Shown: positions 29,749 to 40,980, counted from the stretch's first letter. The stretch: DNA of 64,000 nucleotides from an uncultured Chloroflexia bacterium (GCA_963765765.1 CAVXYC010000020.1:672001-736000); one strand, 5' to 3'. Numbers and translations: made by a program. The notes: generated by a model from the sequence alone, not told the origin.

Positions 29749-29864
29749 ACTTCGCGCCAAGACAGCTCGTTATGACAATTCGATTTGTTGACGGCCCTAT
29801 TCGGCAATCATAGGATGGGCCTGAGCGCCCCCATGTTGCGCCGTCCGCGAGGAGCAGGATTTTC

Positions 29865-30295
29865 TTGATCGCCACCCCTTTTCGTCGTATAGCCCACGAG
29901 CATCGCACTACTCGGCGCGACGCTCGTACTGATCGCGAGCGCCTGTTCCAGTCCTTCCCCCAGCGCGTCGAAGCCAGCCGCCAACACGGCGGGCAGTGCC
30001 GCGTCGACAAGCGGCGGTGATGCTCAGAAGGGGCGTACACTGATGATTGAGAAAGGCTGCGGCGCGTGTCACACCGCTCGAGGGGTCCCAGCAGGCGACG
30101 GGCTCGATTGGGCCAAATCTCACGGGTATCGCGTCAAAACCACGTATCGCCGACACGCTCGATAACACGCCTGAGAACATGAAGCGCTGGATCACCAATC
30201 CCAGCGCAGCGAAACCTGGAACGATGATGCCGCCTCTCGGGCTCTCGGACACGGAATCAAGCGATCTGGTGGCATTTCTCGAAACCCTCAAATAG
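29865..30295 (+). CDS. Lipoprotein monoheme cytochrome c (apparent frameshifts near 29893 and 30075)
   Basis: Manual translation: lipobox-like LIASAC, Ser/Ala linker, GDAQKGRTLMIEKGCGACHT (CxxCH at 30058-30072), then GPNLT..WITNP..KPGTMMP. Confidence 0.85.
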
Positions 30296-30325
30296 AGGTC
30301 AGCGCTCAGCACCTGGAGGCGCGCT

Positions 30326-30928
30326 ATGCTCCCGATATCTTCATCCCGAGCGCTCAAGGAATGGGCCGTTGTCGTCCGTGCGCTCGAAGCCGGCCAGCAG
30401 ATCGTGATCCTGCGAAAAGGTGGGATCAGCGAAGTGGGCAACGAATTTCGAATCGAGTTTCCGGAGTTCCTCTTCTACCCGACGTACGAGCACCAGAAGG
30501 CCGACTCACTCATCACAGCATTCGTTCCCGCGCTAGAGCGAGCTCAGCGTGAAGCACCTGCGTCGGATCGTGTACGGATCGGCTCATTCGCGAGGGTCAC
30601 AGACAGCTTTGACATTCTCACCGAATCGCAAGTGAGCGCCCTTCGCCCCTACCATATCTGGAGCGATGCATACGCGCTAGACCGACTGCGCTGGCGGCCA
30701 ACCAAGCCGCTAGCGGCGCTGGCGCTGCGGGTGTATCGATTAGCTACTGAAGTAGAGCTTCCGTTCCAGCCGACCTACAGAGGCTGTACATCATGGGTCA
30801 CGTTGGAGCAGGAGATTGGGCTGGCAGGCGCCGAGCCGGTACTTACTGATGTGGAATACCAGCGTCAGACCACGGAGCTAAGCATCGCCCTGGGCGGCGT
30901 TGGAGTACTGGCGGAGCAGCGACAATGA
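30326..30928 (+). CDS. DUF1802 family protein
   Basis: ALKEWAVVVRALEAGQQIVILRKGGI, FLFYPTYEHQ, GCTSWV. Confidence 0.88.
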   Translation: MLPISSSRALKEWAVVVRALEAGQQIVILRKGGISEVGNEFRIEFPEFLFYPTYEHQKADSLITAFVPALERAQREAPASDRVRIGSFARVTDSFDILTESQVSALRPYHIWSDAYALDRLRWRPTKPLAALALRVYRLATEVELPFQPTYRGCTSWVTLEQEIGLAGAEPVLTDVEYQRQTTELSIALGGVGVLAEQRQ

Positions 30929-31917
30929 AGTATCGAGAGATTGGTAAGTCCGGGGTTCAGGTCTCGGAGGTCGGCTTCGGTGTCTGGACCATCACCGCGG
31001 GATGGTGGGGACAGTTCACCGAGGACGAAGCGATCAACATGCTTCGTCGCGCGGCAGATCGCGGTATCACCTTCTTTGACACCGGCGACACCTACGGTGA
31101 CGGGGCCGGCGAGACCGTCCTCGCGAAAGCGTTTCGCGGCGAACGCGATCGGATCATCATTGGGACCAAGTTTGGTTACGACTGGTACAACGATCGCACG
31201 GATCGACCAGGACATCGTGAACGGGCGCAAGACTTCACTCCAGAATTTCTGCGATTCGCCATAGAGCAGAGCTTGAAGCGGCTGGAGACTGACTACATCG
31301 ACGTGTACCAGCTTCACAATCCTCGCATCGACGCGTTCCGACGCGATGACCTGTTTGTCGAGCTCGAGAAGCTTCGCGCCGAAGGGAAGATCCGCTCATA
31401 TGGTGCAGGGCTCGGCCCTGCAATAGCAGGAACGGAGCACGGGGCAGAGGCCATGCGGGCACGGCCGGAGATGTCATGCATCCAGATCATCTACAACATG
31501 CTGGAGCAAGAGCCCGGGCGACAGTTCATTGCACCCGCTCGCGAGCTTGGCATTGGCCTTCTCGTCCGCGTGCCGCATTCATCAGGCATGCTCGAAGGCA
31601 CGTACACGATGGAGACTACGTTCAGTGAAAATGATCACCGCAGCCATCGCTCACGCGAATGGCTGGTGAACGGACTTCAGAAGATCGAGCACCTGAAGTT
31701 TCTGCACGAAGGTCGCGGTATGACGCTCGCCCAGGCGTCAATCAAGTGGCTCCTCGCGGAGCCCGCGATTCCCTCTGTGCTGCCCAATATCTACAACTAC
31801 GAGCAGCTCGAAGAGTTCAGCGCCGCATCGGATCTACCAGACCTGACCGCTGAAGACCTGGAGAAGGTGGCGGCGCTGTACGACCACAACTTCTATCTGG
31901 AGCCGGCCCCGGCGTAG
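30925..31917 (+). CDS. Aldo/keto reductase
   Basis: VSEVGFG, FFDTGDTYG.G..E, IIGTKFG, SLKRLETDYIDVYQLH. Confidence 0.95.
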   Translation: MKYREIGKSGVQVSEVGFGVWTITAGWWGQFTEDEAINMLRRAADRGITFFDTGDTYGDGAGETVLAKAFRGERDRIIIGTKFGYDWYNDRTDRPGHRERAQDFTPEFLRFAIEQSLKRLETDYIDVYQLHNPRIDAFRRDDLFVELEKLRAEGKIRSYGAGLGPAIAGTEHGAEAMRARPEMSCIQIIYNMLEQEPGRQFIAPARELGIGLLVRVPHSSGMLEGTYTMETTFSENDHRSHRSREWLVNGLQKIEHLKFLHEGRGMTLAQASIKWLLAEPAIPSVLPNIYNYEQLEEFSAASDLPDLTAEDLEKVAALYDHNFYLEPAPA

Positions 31918-31923
31918 CGTTTT

Positions 31924-31974
31924 GGTGAGGGGGCTCGGTCTACCCTCACCTAACCCTCTCTCAATGAGAGAGGG
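31924..31974. repeat. CCCTCACC/CCCTCTC-type palindromic repeat between convergent genes; possible terminator
   Basis: GGTGAGGG..CCCTCACC; CCCTCTCTCA-A-TGAGAGAGGG. Confidence 0.7.
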
Positions 31975-31977
31975 GAA

Positions 31978-34473
31978 TTAAGCCGAGGCCGCCGCCTTGC
32001 GACCGCGTGAGCTGCCCGATCGTTTGGCCGGTGTACGTGAGACCCGCTTGGTGACCGGGCCCGGCTCGGCGATAGGCTGAAGGGCTTCGCGCAGTACCTC
32101 GTCCACGTGCTCAACGGGAATAAACGTCATCTCCTCACGGAGTTGCTCAGGCACTTCGTCGAGCTCGATCTCATTCCGCTTCGGGAAGATGATTCGACGG
32201 ATACCCGCGCGGTGAGCCCCGAGCGCCTTCTCCTTGAGTCCACCGATCGGCAGGACCTTGCCTCGGAGCGTGATCTCGCCAGTCATTGCCACGTCGTCAC
32301 GCACCGCTCTGCCAGAGAGCGCCGAAGCCAACGCAGTAGCGATGGTCACACCGGCCGAGGGGCCATCCTTTGGTACCGCGCCGCCGGGGACGTGGATATG
32401 CACGTCGTGATCCTCGAAGAACTGCGGCGAAACGCTGAGATCACCCGCTCGAGTCCGTACGTACGAAAGCGCCGCTTCCGCTGACTCGCGCATCACATCG
32501 CCGAGTTGGCCGGTGATTCGCAGCTCCTTCTTGCCGGAGATGACGCTCGCTTCCACGAACACGATGTCACCACCGGTCGACGTGACAACCAGTCCCGTGG
32601 CGACGCCCGGTCGGTCAATGCGCTCTGCCGCCTCTGCATAGAACCTGGGCCGTCCAAGCTGGGCCTGAACGAATTCAGGCGTCACGACATTTTTCTCGTC
32701 GCCTGTGTCGGCGATCTTGGTGGCAGTTTTGCGGCACAGCGCCCCGATCTCGCGCTCCAGGTTCCGCACGCCCGCCTCACGTGTGAAATCCCGAATCACT
32801 GATTTCAATCCATCAGGAGTGAACTCGAGCTCATCAGGACTCAGACCGTGCGCCTTGAGCTGTTTCGGAACGAGATAGCGCTGGGCAATGTGCAGCTTCT
32901 CTTCCTCGGTGTAACCAGGCAGGCGGATCACTTCCATGCGGTCCTGGAGCGCGGGCGCCACCGTTTCAATCTGGTTCGCAGTGGTGATGAACATCACCTT
33001 TGAGAGATCGAAGGGGACATCGAGGTAGTGATCGCGGAAGTCCTTGTTCTGCTCGGGATCCAGCACTTCCAGCAGCGCGGACGAGGGGTCGCCACGCCAA
33101 TCCATCCCCAGCTTCTCGATCTCATCCAGCAGGATCACCGGGTCGTTCGCCTCAGCACGACGAATGGCCTGGACTACCCGGCCGGGCATAGCGCCTATAT
33201 ACGTGCGCCGGTGACCTCGAATCTCCGACTCATCCCGCACGCCACCCAGTGAAAGGCGCACAAACTTTCGATTAAGTGCGCGGGCAATGCTCTGCCCCAG
33301 ACTGGTCTTACCAACACCGGGAGGCCCCACGAAGCAGAGGATCGGCTCCCGCATGTCGGCATTGCCCTCAGTCGCCACGTTCCGCTCAATCCGGAGCTTG
33401 CGGACCGAGAGATACTCGAGAATGCGCTCCTTGATCTTTTCGAGATCGTAGTGGTCCTCGTTCAGCACCTCGCGGGCACGGGCAATGTCAATCTCCGCGC
33501 CGCTGTTCACGTTCCAGGGCATGCTGGTCAGCCAGTCCAAATACGTCCTGATGACCGAGTGCTCCGGTGAAGCGGTGGGAATGCGCTCAAGGCGCGCGAG
33601 CTCACGAACGGCTTCCTTCTCCACCTCTTCTGGCATATCGGCGGACTCGATCTTCTCTTTGAGCTCGCGGAGCTCTATGGTGGCAGGGTCATCCTCACCA
33701 AGCTCCCGCTGGATCGCCTTCATCTGCTCACGCAGGAGATACTCCCGCTGGTTCTGGTCAATCCGCTCGCGGACCTCAGTCTGGAGCTGCTGCCCGATCT
33801 CCAGGAGGTTGGCTTCCTGATCCAGACCCTCACCAAGCTTCTTGAATAGATCCTGCAGCGAATCCATTTCGAGCTGCTCTACGCGCTGTTCAACGGTGAG
33901 TCCCATGTTGGACGCGATGAGATAGGCCAGAGCTCGGCCGGAGCCGAGATTCAGTGCGCGGCTGGCTAATTCATCGGGCAGGAATGGAGAAAGCGCGATT
34001 AGTCGCTCAAATCGGTGGAGGGCCACGCGTGACAGCGCCTCAGTCTCTTCACCGGGCTCATCCACGTCAAGACGAGGACGAGCCGTAGCAACAATATGTG
34101 GCTGAGCATGAGTGATACCAGTGAGGTCAACCCGTCCAAGGGCCTCGATGAGCACCTGCTGGGTACCGTCCTGTCCACGAAATGCTCGCCGCACCTGAGC
34201 GCGGATTCCTATTGGGAAGAAGTCATCGAGCGATTGCGGACGTGCGTCCGGGTCACGCTGCGATGCGAGCACGATGGCCCCACCATTTTGATTGGCGTGT
34301 TCAATCGCCCGCACAGAACGCGGGCGGCCAACCGTTAACGGAACGGTCGTGAGCGGGTAAACCACCATTTCCCGCAGCGGGAGAACGGGGAGCTCTTCGA
34401 GAACGTCGTCGGTACCGGACTCGGGCGCTTCCTCAGTCCCTGTCGCGGCAACCTCCTGGTCAATTTCCGTCAT
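31978..34473 (-). CDS. lon: ATP-dependent Lon protease
   Basis: LPVLPLR N-domain, [30 protein letters not shown]. Confidence 0.98.
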   Translation of the reverse strand: MTEIDQEVAATGTEEAPESGTDDVLEELPVLPLREMVVYPLTTVPLTVGRPRSVRAIEHANQNGGAIVLASQRDPDARPQSLDDFFPIGIRAQVRRAFRGQDGTQQVLIEALGRVDLTGITHAQPHIVATARPRLDVDEPGEETEALSRVALHRFERLIALSPFLPDELASRALNLGSGRALAYLIASNMGLTVEQRVEQLEMDSLQDLFKKLGEGLDQEANLLEIGQQLQTEVRERIDQNQREYLLREQMKAIQRELGEDDPATIELRELKEKIESADMPEEVEKEAVRELARLERIPTASPEHSVIRTYLDWLTSMPWNVNSGAEIDIARAREVLNEDHYDLEKIKERILEYLSVRKLRIERNVATEGNADMREPILCFVGPPGVGKTSLGQSIARALNRKFVRLSLGGVRDESEIRGHRRTYIGAMPGRVVQAIRRAEANDPVILLDEIEKLGMDWRGDPSSALLEVLDPEQNKDFRDHYLDVPFDLSKVMFITTANQIETVAPALQDRMEVIRLPGYTEEEKLHIAQRYLVPKQLKAHGLSPDELEFTPDGLKSVIRDFTREAGVRNLEREIGALCRKTATKIADTGDEKNVVTPEFVQAQLGRPRFYAEAAERIDRPGVATGLVVTSTGGDIVFVEASVISGKKELRITGQLGDVMRESAEAALSYVRTRAGDLSVSPQFFEDHDVHIHVPGGAVPKDGPSAGVTIATALASALSGRAVRDDVAMTGEITLRGKVLPIGGLKEKALGAHRAGIRRIIFPKRNEIELDEVPEQLREEMTFIPVEHVDEVLREALQPIAEPGPVTKRVSRTPAKRSGSSRGRKAAASA

Positions 34474-34621
34474 TCATGATCCTTAACGCCCATAGGCGGG
34501 CGGCTCAGCAATTGTCGCATAGTTGGACATGGGTTACCTTCAAGATACGGCAAATAGAAGAAGCCGTACAGCCTGAATTCTGGACGGCTTCGGAAATTCA
34601 CACGCGATACCAAATGTCGCG

Positions 34622-34966
34622 CTATGCTGCTCCTTGCTGCATCTCCTGGAGTCTTTGCATCTCCTGGAGTCTTCGCATCTCCTGGAGTCTCTTTGGTGGT
34701 CGACCCCGTCGAGGGGCCTCATCCGTGAACTCCACCGGCGGAAACTCGTAGCGGGTCTGGAACTCATCGACGTAGCTTGGCCCGCCGCAGCGTGGGCAAT
34801 GAATATTTGCTAATCGATCGAGCGGTACCTCATCAATCGAACCGTCCGCGACAAACGTGGTCCGAGACGGGAATGGCTCCTTGTTTTTGCGGGTCACTCC
34901 CACCATCTGACCGCAGTGGAAGCACTTGACATCCGCTTCGATAAAGATGCGTAGAGCCGTGGTCAT
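34622..34966 (-). CDS. Small Zn-ribbon protein with AT-hook motif and C-terminal tandem repeat
   Basis: GGGGAG RBS; CFHC...CPRCGG; PRRGRPPKR; (LQEMxR)x3. Confidence 0.7.
   Translation of the reverse strand: MTTALRIFIEADVKCFHCGQMVGVTRKNKEPFPSRTTFVADGSIDEVPLDRLANIHCPRCGGPSYVDEFQTRYEFPPVEFTDEAPRRGRPPKRLQEMRRLQEMQRLQEMQQGAA
34639..34690. repeat. 18-bp period tandem repeat x3, in frame
   Basis: GCATCTCCTGGAGTCT at 34639, 34657 and 34675. Confidence 0.9.
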
Positions 34967-35228
34967 CGTAATGTGTTCTCCCCAGGGACGGCGGGCAGTC
35001 ACCTACCTCGGCGGATCGCAGATCTTCCGCCTGCAACCCTAAACGCGTTGTGTCCCCGCCTTATTCCCAATACGTAAGACGGCGGCATCCGGATCAAGGT
35101 TCCAGCAATAGAGCACAATTTCCTGAGGCTTATGATGAGATTTCTGAAGGGACGATGAGAACGAAGGGGGCAGGAGTTGGGGACGAGGGGTTAAAGAAAG
35201 TAGGATCTCCGTCCCCGGCCTCTAACCC

Positions 35229-36338
35229 CTAGAACACGATTGCCGCGCGGGTGACCTCTCCGACATCCGATTGGCGGAAAGCTTCGCCAATATCGTCCAG
35301 CGAGAACGTGTGCGAGATGACGCGGTCCCAGGGGTACTTCGTGCGGGTTCGCTCCATGAGCTGAAGCGCCTGCTGGAGATGCTCGGCCTCGTAGTAGACC
35401 ATCCCGTACATCGTCCGGTTGCCGAAGATGAGCCACGATGGATCGATCTCATAGGTGAGTCCTGGGCTGATGTTGCCGATCTCCAGATATCGCCCGGTTC
35501 GTCCCACCATTCGCAAGCCCTCGTTGCAAACTCGCGGATGGCCAACAACTTCCACAACGATGTCCGCGCCCCAACCCTCGGTCAGGTCGAGGACACGCTT
35601 GATGCGAGACTCTGGATCGGCCAGCTCTCGGAAGTCCAAGGTGTGATCTGCGCCGAAGCCCTCAGCCAACGCAATCCGCTCAGAGATGCCATCCACCACA
35701 ATGACCTGCCCTGCGCCCATCTCCTTCGCTACGGCCGTGGCATAGACGCCCAGTCCACCGGCGCCCTGGATCACCACCGTCTCGCCGATTTTCAAGCCCG
35801 CGAGCTGCAATCCACCGACGACCTGGGAGAGTGCGCAGTTGGCACCGGCCACCATTACGTCGCTCAGCGAATCCGGCACCTTGAAGACAGCCGCGCCAGG
35901 ACTGAGATAGTGATACTCGCCAAACGCGCCATAGAAGTGTGGGGACTCGTCGCATGAACGCGTGAGATATGACCGCGCAAAGGGGCAGGCGCGAAAGACG
36001 CGCTTGAGGCAGGCGCGACATCGGCCACATGGGTGGAAGTAGCGAAAGACCACGCGGTCGCCGACATGGAGCTCCTCCCCGCCGGTATCGCGGGTGACCC
36101 CGTCACCCAGACGGTAAACCGTCGCCGCCATCTCGTGACCGAGGATCTGCGGGTACGGACGGCCAAAGGCCGCCAGGTCGAATTCCCCTCGCCATTGATG
36201 AAGGTCCGACCCGCACACATTCGCAACAGTCGTCTTCACTAGGATTGCGCCGGGCTCTGGCTCCGGAAGCTCGTACTCTTTGATCTCAAACTGCGTGCCA
36301 GGCCCATAGAATGCGGCCGCGCGCCCGCGCTCGCTCAT
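35229..36338 (-). CDS. Zinc-binding medium-chain alcohol dehydrogenase
   Basis: VCGSDLH, ILGHE, CGRCRAC..C structural Zn, VIQGAGGLG. Confidence 0.93.
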   Translation of the reverse strand: MSERGRAAAFYGPGTQFEIKEYELPEPEPGAILVKTTVANVCGSDLHQWRGEFDLAAFGRPYPQILGHEMAATVYRLGDGVTRDTGGEELHVGDRVVFRYFHPCGRCRACLKRVFRACPFARSYLTRSCDESPHFYGAFGEYHYLSPGAAVFKVPDSLSDVMVAGANCALSQVVGGLQLAGLKIGETVVIQGAGGLGVYATAVAKEMGAGQVIVVDGISERIALAEGFGADHTLDFRELADPESRIKRVLDLTEGWGADIVVEVVGHPRVCNEGLRMVGRTGRYLEIGNISPGLTYEIDPSWLIFGNRTMYGMVYYEAEHLQQALQLMERTRTKYPWDRVISHTFSLDDIGEAFRQSDVGEVTRAAIVF

Positions 36339-36478
36339 GACTTTAGTCCTCCCGTGTGTTGCTGTTCCCCACCGAGTGTTGGACCACGCTAGACAGTGCA
36401 CGGCGAATCATAATGGTGTGGATGCTGTCGACGTCCGCTCTCCGAGACAGCCGATATACTGGGTCGGGAGTCGACTCA

Positions 36479-37627
36479 ATGCTGCACAATCCCCGATTCG
36501 TCGGGCCGGCTCGCGGACTTGTGACTCTCCTGCTAGTCGGAGTCGCGCTTGCGCTCACAGCGCCGGCACCGCTCCGCGCTCAGGATGACGAGTATCCAGA
36601 TTACCTCTCCTGGTCGCATCCGGGCCCATTTAGGGGTCCTCAGACGCGAGATTTCCCTGTCCGCAGCTTCGCCCCGAACCAGCCAGTTGTCGCCACCTAC
36701 TTTTTCTACTGGTACGACGCCGCGACGTATCGAAATTCGCAGGCCACGCGGAATTTCGATCCGTACCCCTTTCATCCACCCAACCTGGATACGATCAGTT
36801 TCCGAGATCCTGATTGGTACGAGAAGGAGTTTCGGGACATGCTTTCAGCCGGTATTGACGTCGTGCTGCCTGATTACTGGGGCGAGCCGGGGCAGTATCC
36901 GCGGCGGGTGGCCCCTGCTCCAGAGTTGAATTACTTCGCTACTGAGGGCCTAGAGCCAATGGTCACGGCACTGGACCGACTGGCGGCCGAGAACACTGCG
37001 TTGAGCATCGGCCTCTTCCTGGATACCACGATCATGAACGACGAGGATCTCACCTCCGTCCGCGGGCAGGAGATCTTCTATCACAGCATCCGAAACTTCT
37101 ACTCTAAGATTCCCCCAAGGCACTGGGCAGCCATTGATGGCAAGCCGCTCGTCTGGCTCTACGACACGCAGAGAATCTACAAGCTGGACCAGTCCACCCT
37201 CGACTATGTCTACGATCGCTTCCCGTACGACTTCGGGGGCCTGCACCCATTCATCGTCCGCGAATCCCAATGGGAGCGCTCGAAGAACACTGGCGTTGAC
37301 GCCCCGGTTTCGAGTGAAGGCCTCTATGCCTGGGGAGCCGCGCCATTCGGATTCGCCTACGATCCAAAGTTCACCGTGGCTCAAGTTGGACCAGGGTTTT
37401 CATCCGTGCAATTTGGCGGAGCAAATCGCATCTTCGCGGATCGCCGCGGCGGCGCTCACTATGAGGAGCAACTGCAGGCGGCCGTAGCAAGCGGGCGCAC
37501 GATCATGGCAATTGAAACCTGGAATGAGCTCGGTGAGGCCACTGGAATTCTGGAAACGGTGGAGTACGGCCGTCAATACATCGATATGACTCGGCGTTAC
37601 GTCGACCAGTTCAAGCGATCTCAATAG
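36479..37627 (+). CDS. Secreted GH99/DUF5010-like glycoside hydrolase
   Basis: Signal peptide; YFFYWY, GIDVVLPDYWG, IDGKPLVWLY, VGPGF, IETWNELGE. Confidence 0.7.
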   Translation: MLHNPRFVGPARGLVTLLLVGVALALTAPAPLRAQDDEYPDYLSWSHPGPFRGPQTRDFPVRSFAPNQPVVATYFFYWYDAATYRNSQATRNFDPYPFHPPNLDTISFRDPDWYEKEFRDMLSAGIDVVLPDYWGEPGQYPRRVAPAPELNYFATEGLEPMVTALDRLAAENTALSIGLFLDTTIMNDEDLTSVRGQEIFYHSIRNFYSKIPPRHWAAIDGKPLVWLYDTQRIYKLDQSTLDYVYDRFPYDFGGLHPFIVRESQWERSKNTGVDAPVSSEGLYAWGAAPFGFAYDPKFTVAQVGPGFSSVQFGGANRIFADRRGGAHYEEQLQAAVASGRTIMAIETWNELGEATGILETVEYGRQYIDMTRRYVDQFKRSQ

Positions 37628-37940
37628 ACCTTACCGGCTGGCGCCAAAAAACCGCCCTTTTCCTACAGAACCGAATGTACGTTAAGCCGTTTAGCGAGTC
37701 GTGGTTTTGTTAAGATTTTCGCGGTGATGCGCTGGCATAAGTACTGATCGTACCCACGCGCAAATCGGCGCCGCCGCACCCGCATAAAGACGCTTCGAAG
37801 ACGATCCGCAGCGGGATCGTCATAAGTAATGAACGTTTCCCGAACCGCCAGGTGTATTGTCCGTCGAATCCGCTTTCTGCTGACTTCCGTCTGCGCTCGG
37901 GTTAATGACGCTCGCCCTGCTTGGAGCAATGGTATCCATC

Positions 37941-38694
37941 ATGTTGACCATTCGCCTGGATCGCGCCAGCCCCATACCGCTTTACTACCAAATTCAACAA
38001 CAGCTCCGGAAAGCCATCATGTCAGGAGAGCTTGGCCCCGGGGATCCGATTCCGCCCGAGCCGTCGCTGGCTGCCGATGCCGCCGTCTCTCGTTTCACCA
38101 TCCGCCAGGCCATCGACGACCTGGTCCGCGAAGGTCTGGTGGTGCGACACCGCGGCCGCGGCACGTTTGTCACACTTCTCAGCCGCCTCGCCCGCGGCGA
38201 AGCCACTCTCGTCGTTCTCTGAAGCCCTGGGACGACTTGGTGTAACACCTGCCGACACGCTCAAGAGCTTTGGAGAAGGAGCGCCCTCGCCGGGAGCCAG
38301 GACTGCGTTCGGTCTGCGCAACCAGGACGCGGTCGTGAATATCGTGCGCTTGCGCGAGCGAAATGGCGAAGCCGTGGCGCTCGAACACATTACTGTGCCC
38401 ACCTCGGTCGCCCCTGAAATGCGCGAGTCCGACGTGCATGGCTCACCCATTGGAGAGGTGCTTCGGCGCAAATACGGTGTGGAAGTGACACGCGCACACG
38501 AAACGCTTCGCGTGGCTTCACTGGACAAGGAGGCCGCGGAGTCACTCGACGCACGCAGCGGGAGCGCGTCGTTCTTTCTGGAGCGCCAGTCCTTTGCTGG
38601 AGATCGCCTGGTGGAGCTACGCGAGATCCAGATCAGGCCGGATCGGTTTCAGTTCGAGCTCGCGCCGTCGCCCGCGGAGCTCGAACGGGACTAG
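37941..38694 (+). CDS. GntR family (HutC/UTRA) regulator, frameshift near 38190
   Basis: PLYYQIQQQL..GELGPGDPIPPE..VSRFTIRQAIDDLVREGLV.RHRGRGTFV; UTRA domain in the 38032..38694 frame. Confidence 0.88.
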
Positions 38695-38838
38695 TTCCCG
38701 GACAAGAGGTCAGAGGCTCGAGGTCAGTGGATGGACTGCCGACGCATCGGCAGCCATTCCCACTGACTCTCGAGCCATCTGCACCTCTCGTCTTCGCAGC
38801 GCTATACTGGCCAGACCTTGACCCCGGAGTGTCCGACT

Positions 38839-39799
38839 ATGGCCGCGCGGCCCAAGATTCTCTTTGCCGATGACGTGCACGAGTGTCTTCTGGAAATCTT
38901 CCGAGAAGATCTCCCCGATGGCTTCGATCTGGAAATTCTGGCGCAGGACACGCCTGAAGAGAAGATTCGGGCGATTGAGTCGGCGGACTACGTGATGATC
39001 TGGTCTGGCGGAATTCCTATCGAAGCAATCACCAGGCGCGAAACAGCTCAAGCTGATTCAAAAGTGCGGTCAGGGACTCGACAATCTACCGGTCGAGGAT
39101 GCCAGGAGTCGCGGCATCCCGGTGGCGAACGCTGGCGGAACAAACTCCACTGCCGTAGCCGAGATGGCGATGCTCCTGATGCTGGCCGTGTATCGCCGCT
39201 TGAGCCAGATCGATACAGCGCTTCGATCTGGGACGTTCTACAAGTACGAGCTGCGTACTCATTTCCATGAGATCGAGGACAAAACAGTCGGCATTGTTGG
39301 TCTCGGCACCATTGGGAAGAAGGTCGCGAAGCGGCTCAGCGGTTTCGACTGTCGGACCGTCTACTACGACATCGATCGTCCGGACCCGGTGATCGAGCAA
39401 TCACTCGGCGTCGAATATCTGCCGCTGGATATGCTCTTACGCCAGTCAGACATTCTGACATTGCACGTGCCGCTCACCTCGGATACACGACGGCTCATCG
39501 ATGCCGAATCGCTGTCCATGATGAAATCCTCGGCGGTGGTGATCAACACATCGCGTGGCCCAGTGGTAGATCAGGACGCGCTCTACTCGGCACTCGTGGA
39601 AGGGCGAATCGCGGGGGCCGGTCTGGACGTGTTCGAAAAAGAGCCGCCGGAAGACATGCCGCTGCTACACATGGATCAGGTCGTGCTCAGTCCACACATC
39701 GCCGGCGGCACCATTGAGGCAGCGCGGCGAACAATCCAGGCTGGGTACGAGAACATCCTGCGCGTCCACAACGGCGAGCCGCCGATCAACGTGGCCTGA
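38839..39799 (+). CDS. D-isomer-specific 2-hydroxyacid dehydrogenase, frameshift near 39030
   Basis: VGIVGLGTIG, LHVPLT, VINTSRG, AGLDVFEKEP, SPHIAG. Confidence 0.9.
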
Positions 39800-39819
39800 T
39801 TCCTTATCGAGTACACAGC

Positions 39820-40980
39820 ATGCCGAACGTGGACCTTTTCCCGTCGTCAATTCTGGGTAGTCTACCTCGGCCTCGATGGCTGATTCAGGTCTTGCGCGAT
39901 CGCGATAAGGGCAACATCCCTGACATCGAGTGGCAGTCATTGGCCGAATACGCAGTGCGTGAGGCCCTGGACATTCAGGAAGGTGCTGCTCTAGACATCA
40001 TCAGCGACGGCGAACAACGACGGGATGGTTTCCTGACGTTTGTTCTGGATCGGTTGTTCGGACTCCGACGTATGTCACTCGAAGAGAGACTCCGCGCTGA
40101 GTATGCCATCGAGACCGACGAGCTTCTCACCGCGTCACACGTCCCAACAAACGCCATCAAGAGTCCAGTCGTCACTGATACCGTACGCGTCCTCAACCCT
40201 CATAAGGGGATCGTGTTGGAAGAGGTTGACTACCTTCGCCAACAAGCCACTCAGAAGATCCGCGTTTCCCTCCCAGGCCCGTACACGCTGTCTCGCACGC
40301 TGTGGACTGAGGCACACTCAAAGCGAGTCTACGAGACGGCGGATGATCTCGCGGGAGACTTGGTGGAATTGCTGCGCGACGAGATCAAACAATTAGCTCA
40401 GCGCAACGTGGCCGTGATCCAAATCGATGAGCCAGCGCTCGCTAGGATCGCTGATCGATCGAGTGGAGCCACCTTTGCCGGAGCCTTTCTCCCGGCCGCT
40501 ACGAACCTCGAACTTGAGCGTTCCTCCGCGATTACGCTTGTCAACGCGCTGACCGCCGGAAACAACAGTGTCCCGATAATGCTCCACGTAAGTAAGTCAT
40601 CCTGGTCTCGGTCGGACACCGTCTCGCATTCCGTGGATCTGCATGCCCTTGAGCCGCTGGTAGAGCGACTCGATGTTGCGCAGCTTGCTCTTGGGGCCTT
40701 TGATCCCGATGACGCTGAAATGGAGATACTCGGACGGTTGAGTCAATCGAAATCAATCGCGCTTAGCGTGGTGAGCGCATGGTCAGACGCTGTGGAATCT
40801 CCGGAACTGATTGTGGAACGTACTCAGCGCGCACTGAAGTACATCCAGTCCGAGCGCATCATCCTCGCCCCTGATACCGGCTTCGCGCCATTTGCCGAAC
40901 GGAATCTCACTACCAGCGAGACGGCCAAGGCGAAGCTGGAATCGATGGCCGAAGCCTCACGACACCTGCGAGGTGGGTAA
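39820..40980 (+). CDS. Cobalamin-independent methionine synthase II (MetE C-terminal) family protein with degenerate Zn site
   Basis: GSLPRP, DIISDGEQRR, PGPYTL, IQIDEP; LHVS and PDTGF replace HxC and PDCGF. Confidence 0.8.
   Translation: MPNVDLFPSSILGSLPRPRWLIQVLRDRDKGNIPDIEWQSLAEYAVREALDIQEGAALDIISDGEQRRDGFLTFVLDRLFGLRRMSLEERLRAEYAIETDELLTASHVPTNAIKSPVVTDTVRVLNPHKGIVLEEVDYLRQQATQKIRVSLPGPYTLSRTLWTEAHSKRVYETADDLAGDLVELLRDEIKQLAQRNVAVIQIDEPALARIADRSSGATFAGAFLPAATNLELERSSAITLVNALTAGNNSVPIMLHVSKSSWSRSDTVSHSVDLHALEPLVERLDVAQLALGAFDPDDAEMEILGRLSQSKSIALSVVSAWSDAVESPELIVERTQRALKYIQSERIILAPDTGFAPFAERNLTTSETAKAKLESMAEASRHLRGG

Noticed and set aside
34639-34690. Mini CRISPR array
   Set aside because: Contiguous 18-bp tandem units without spacers, in frame within a CDS; no cas genes
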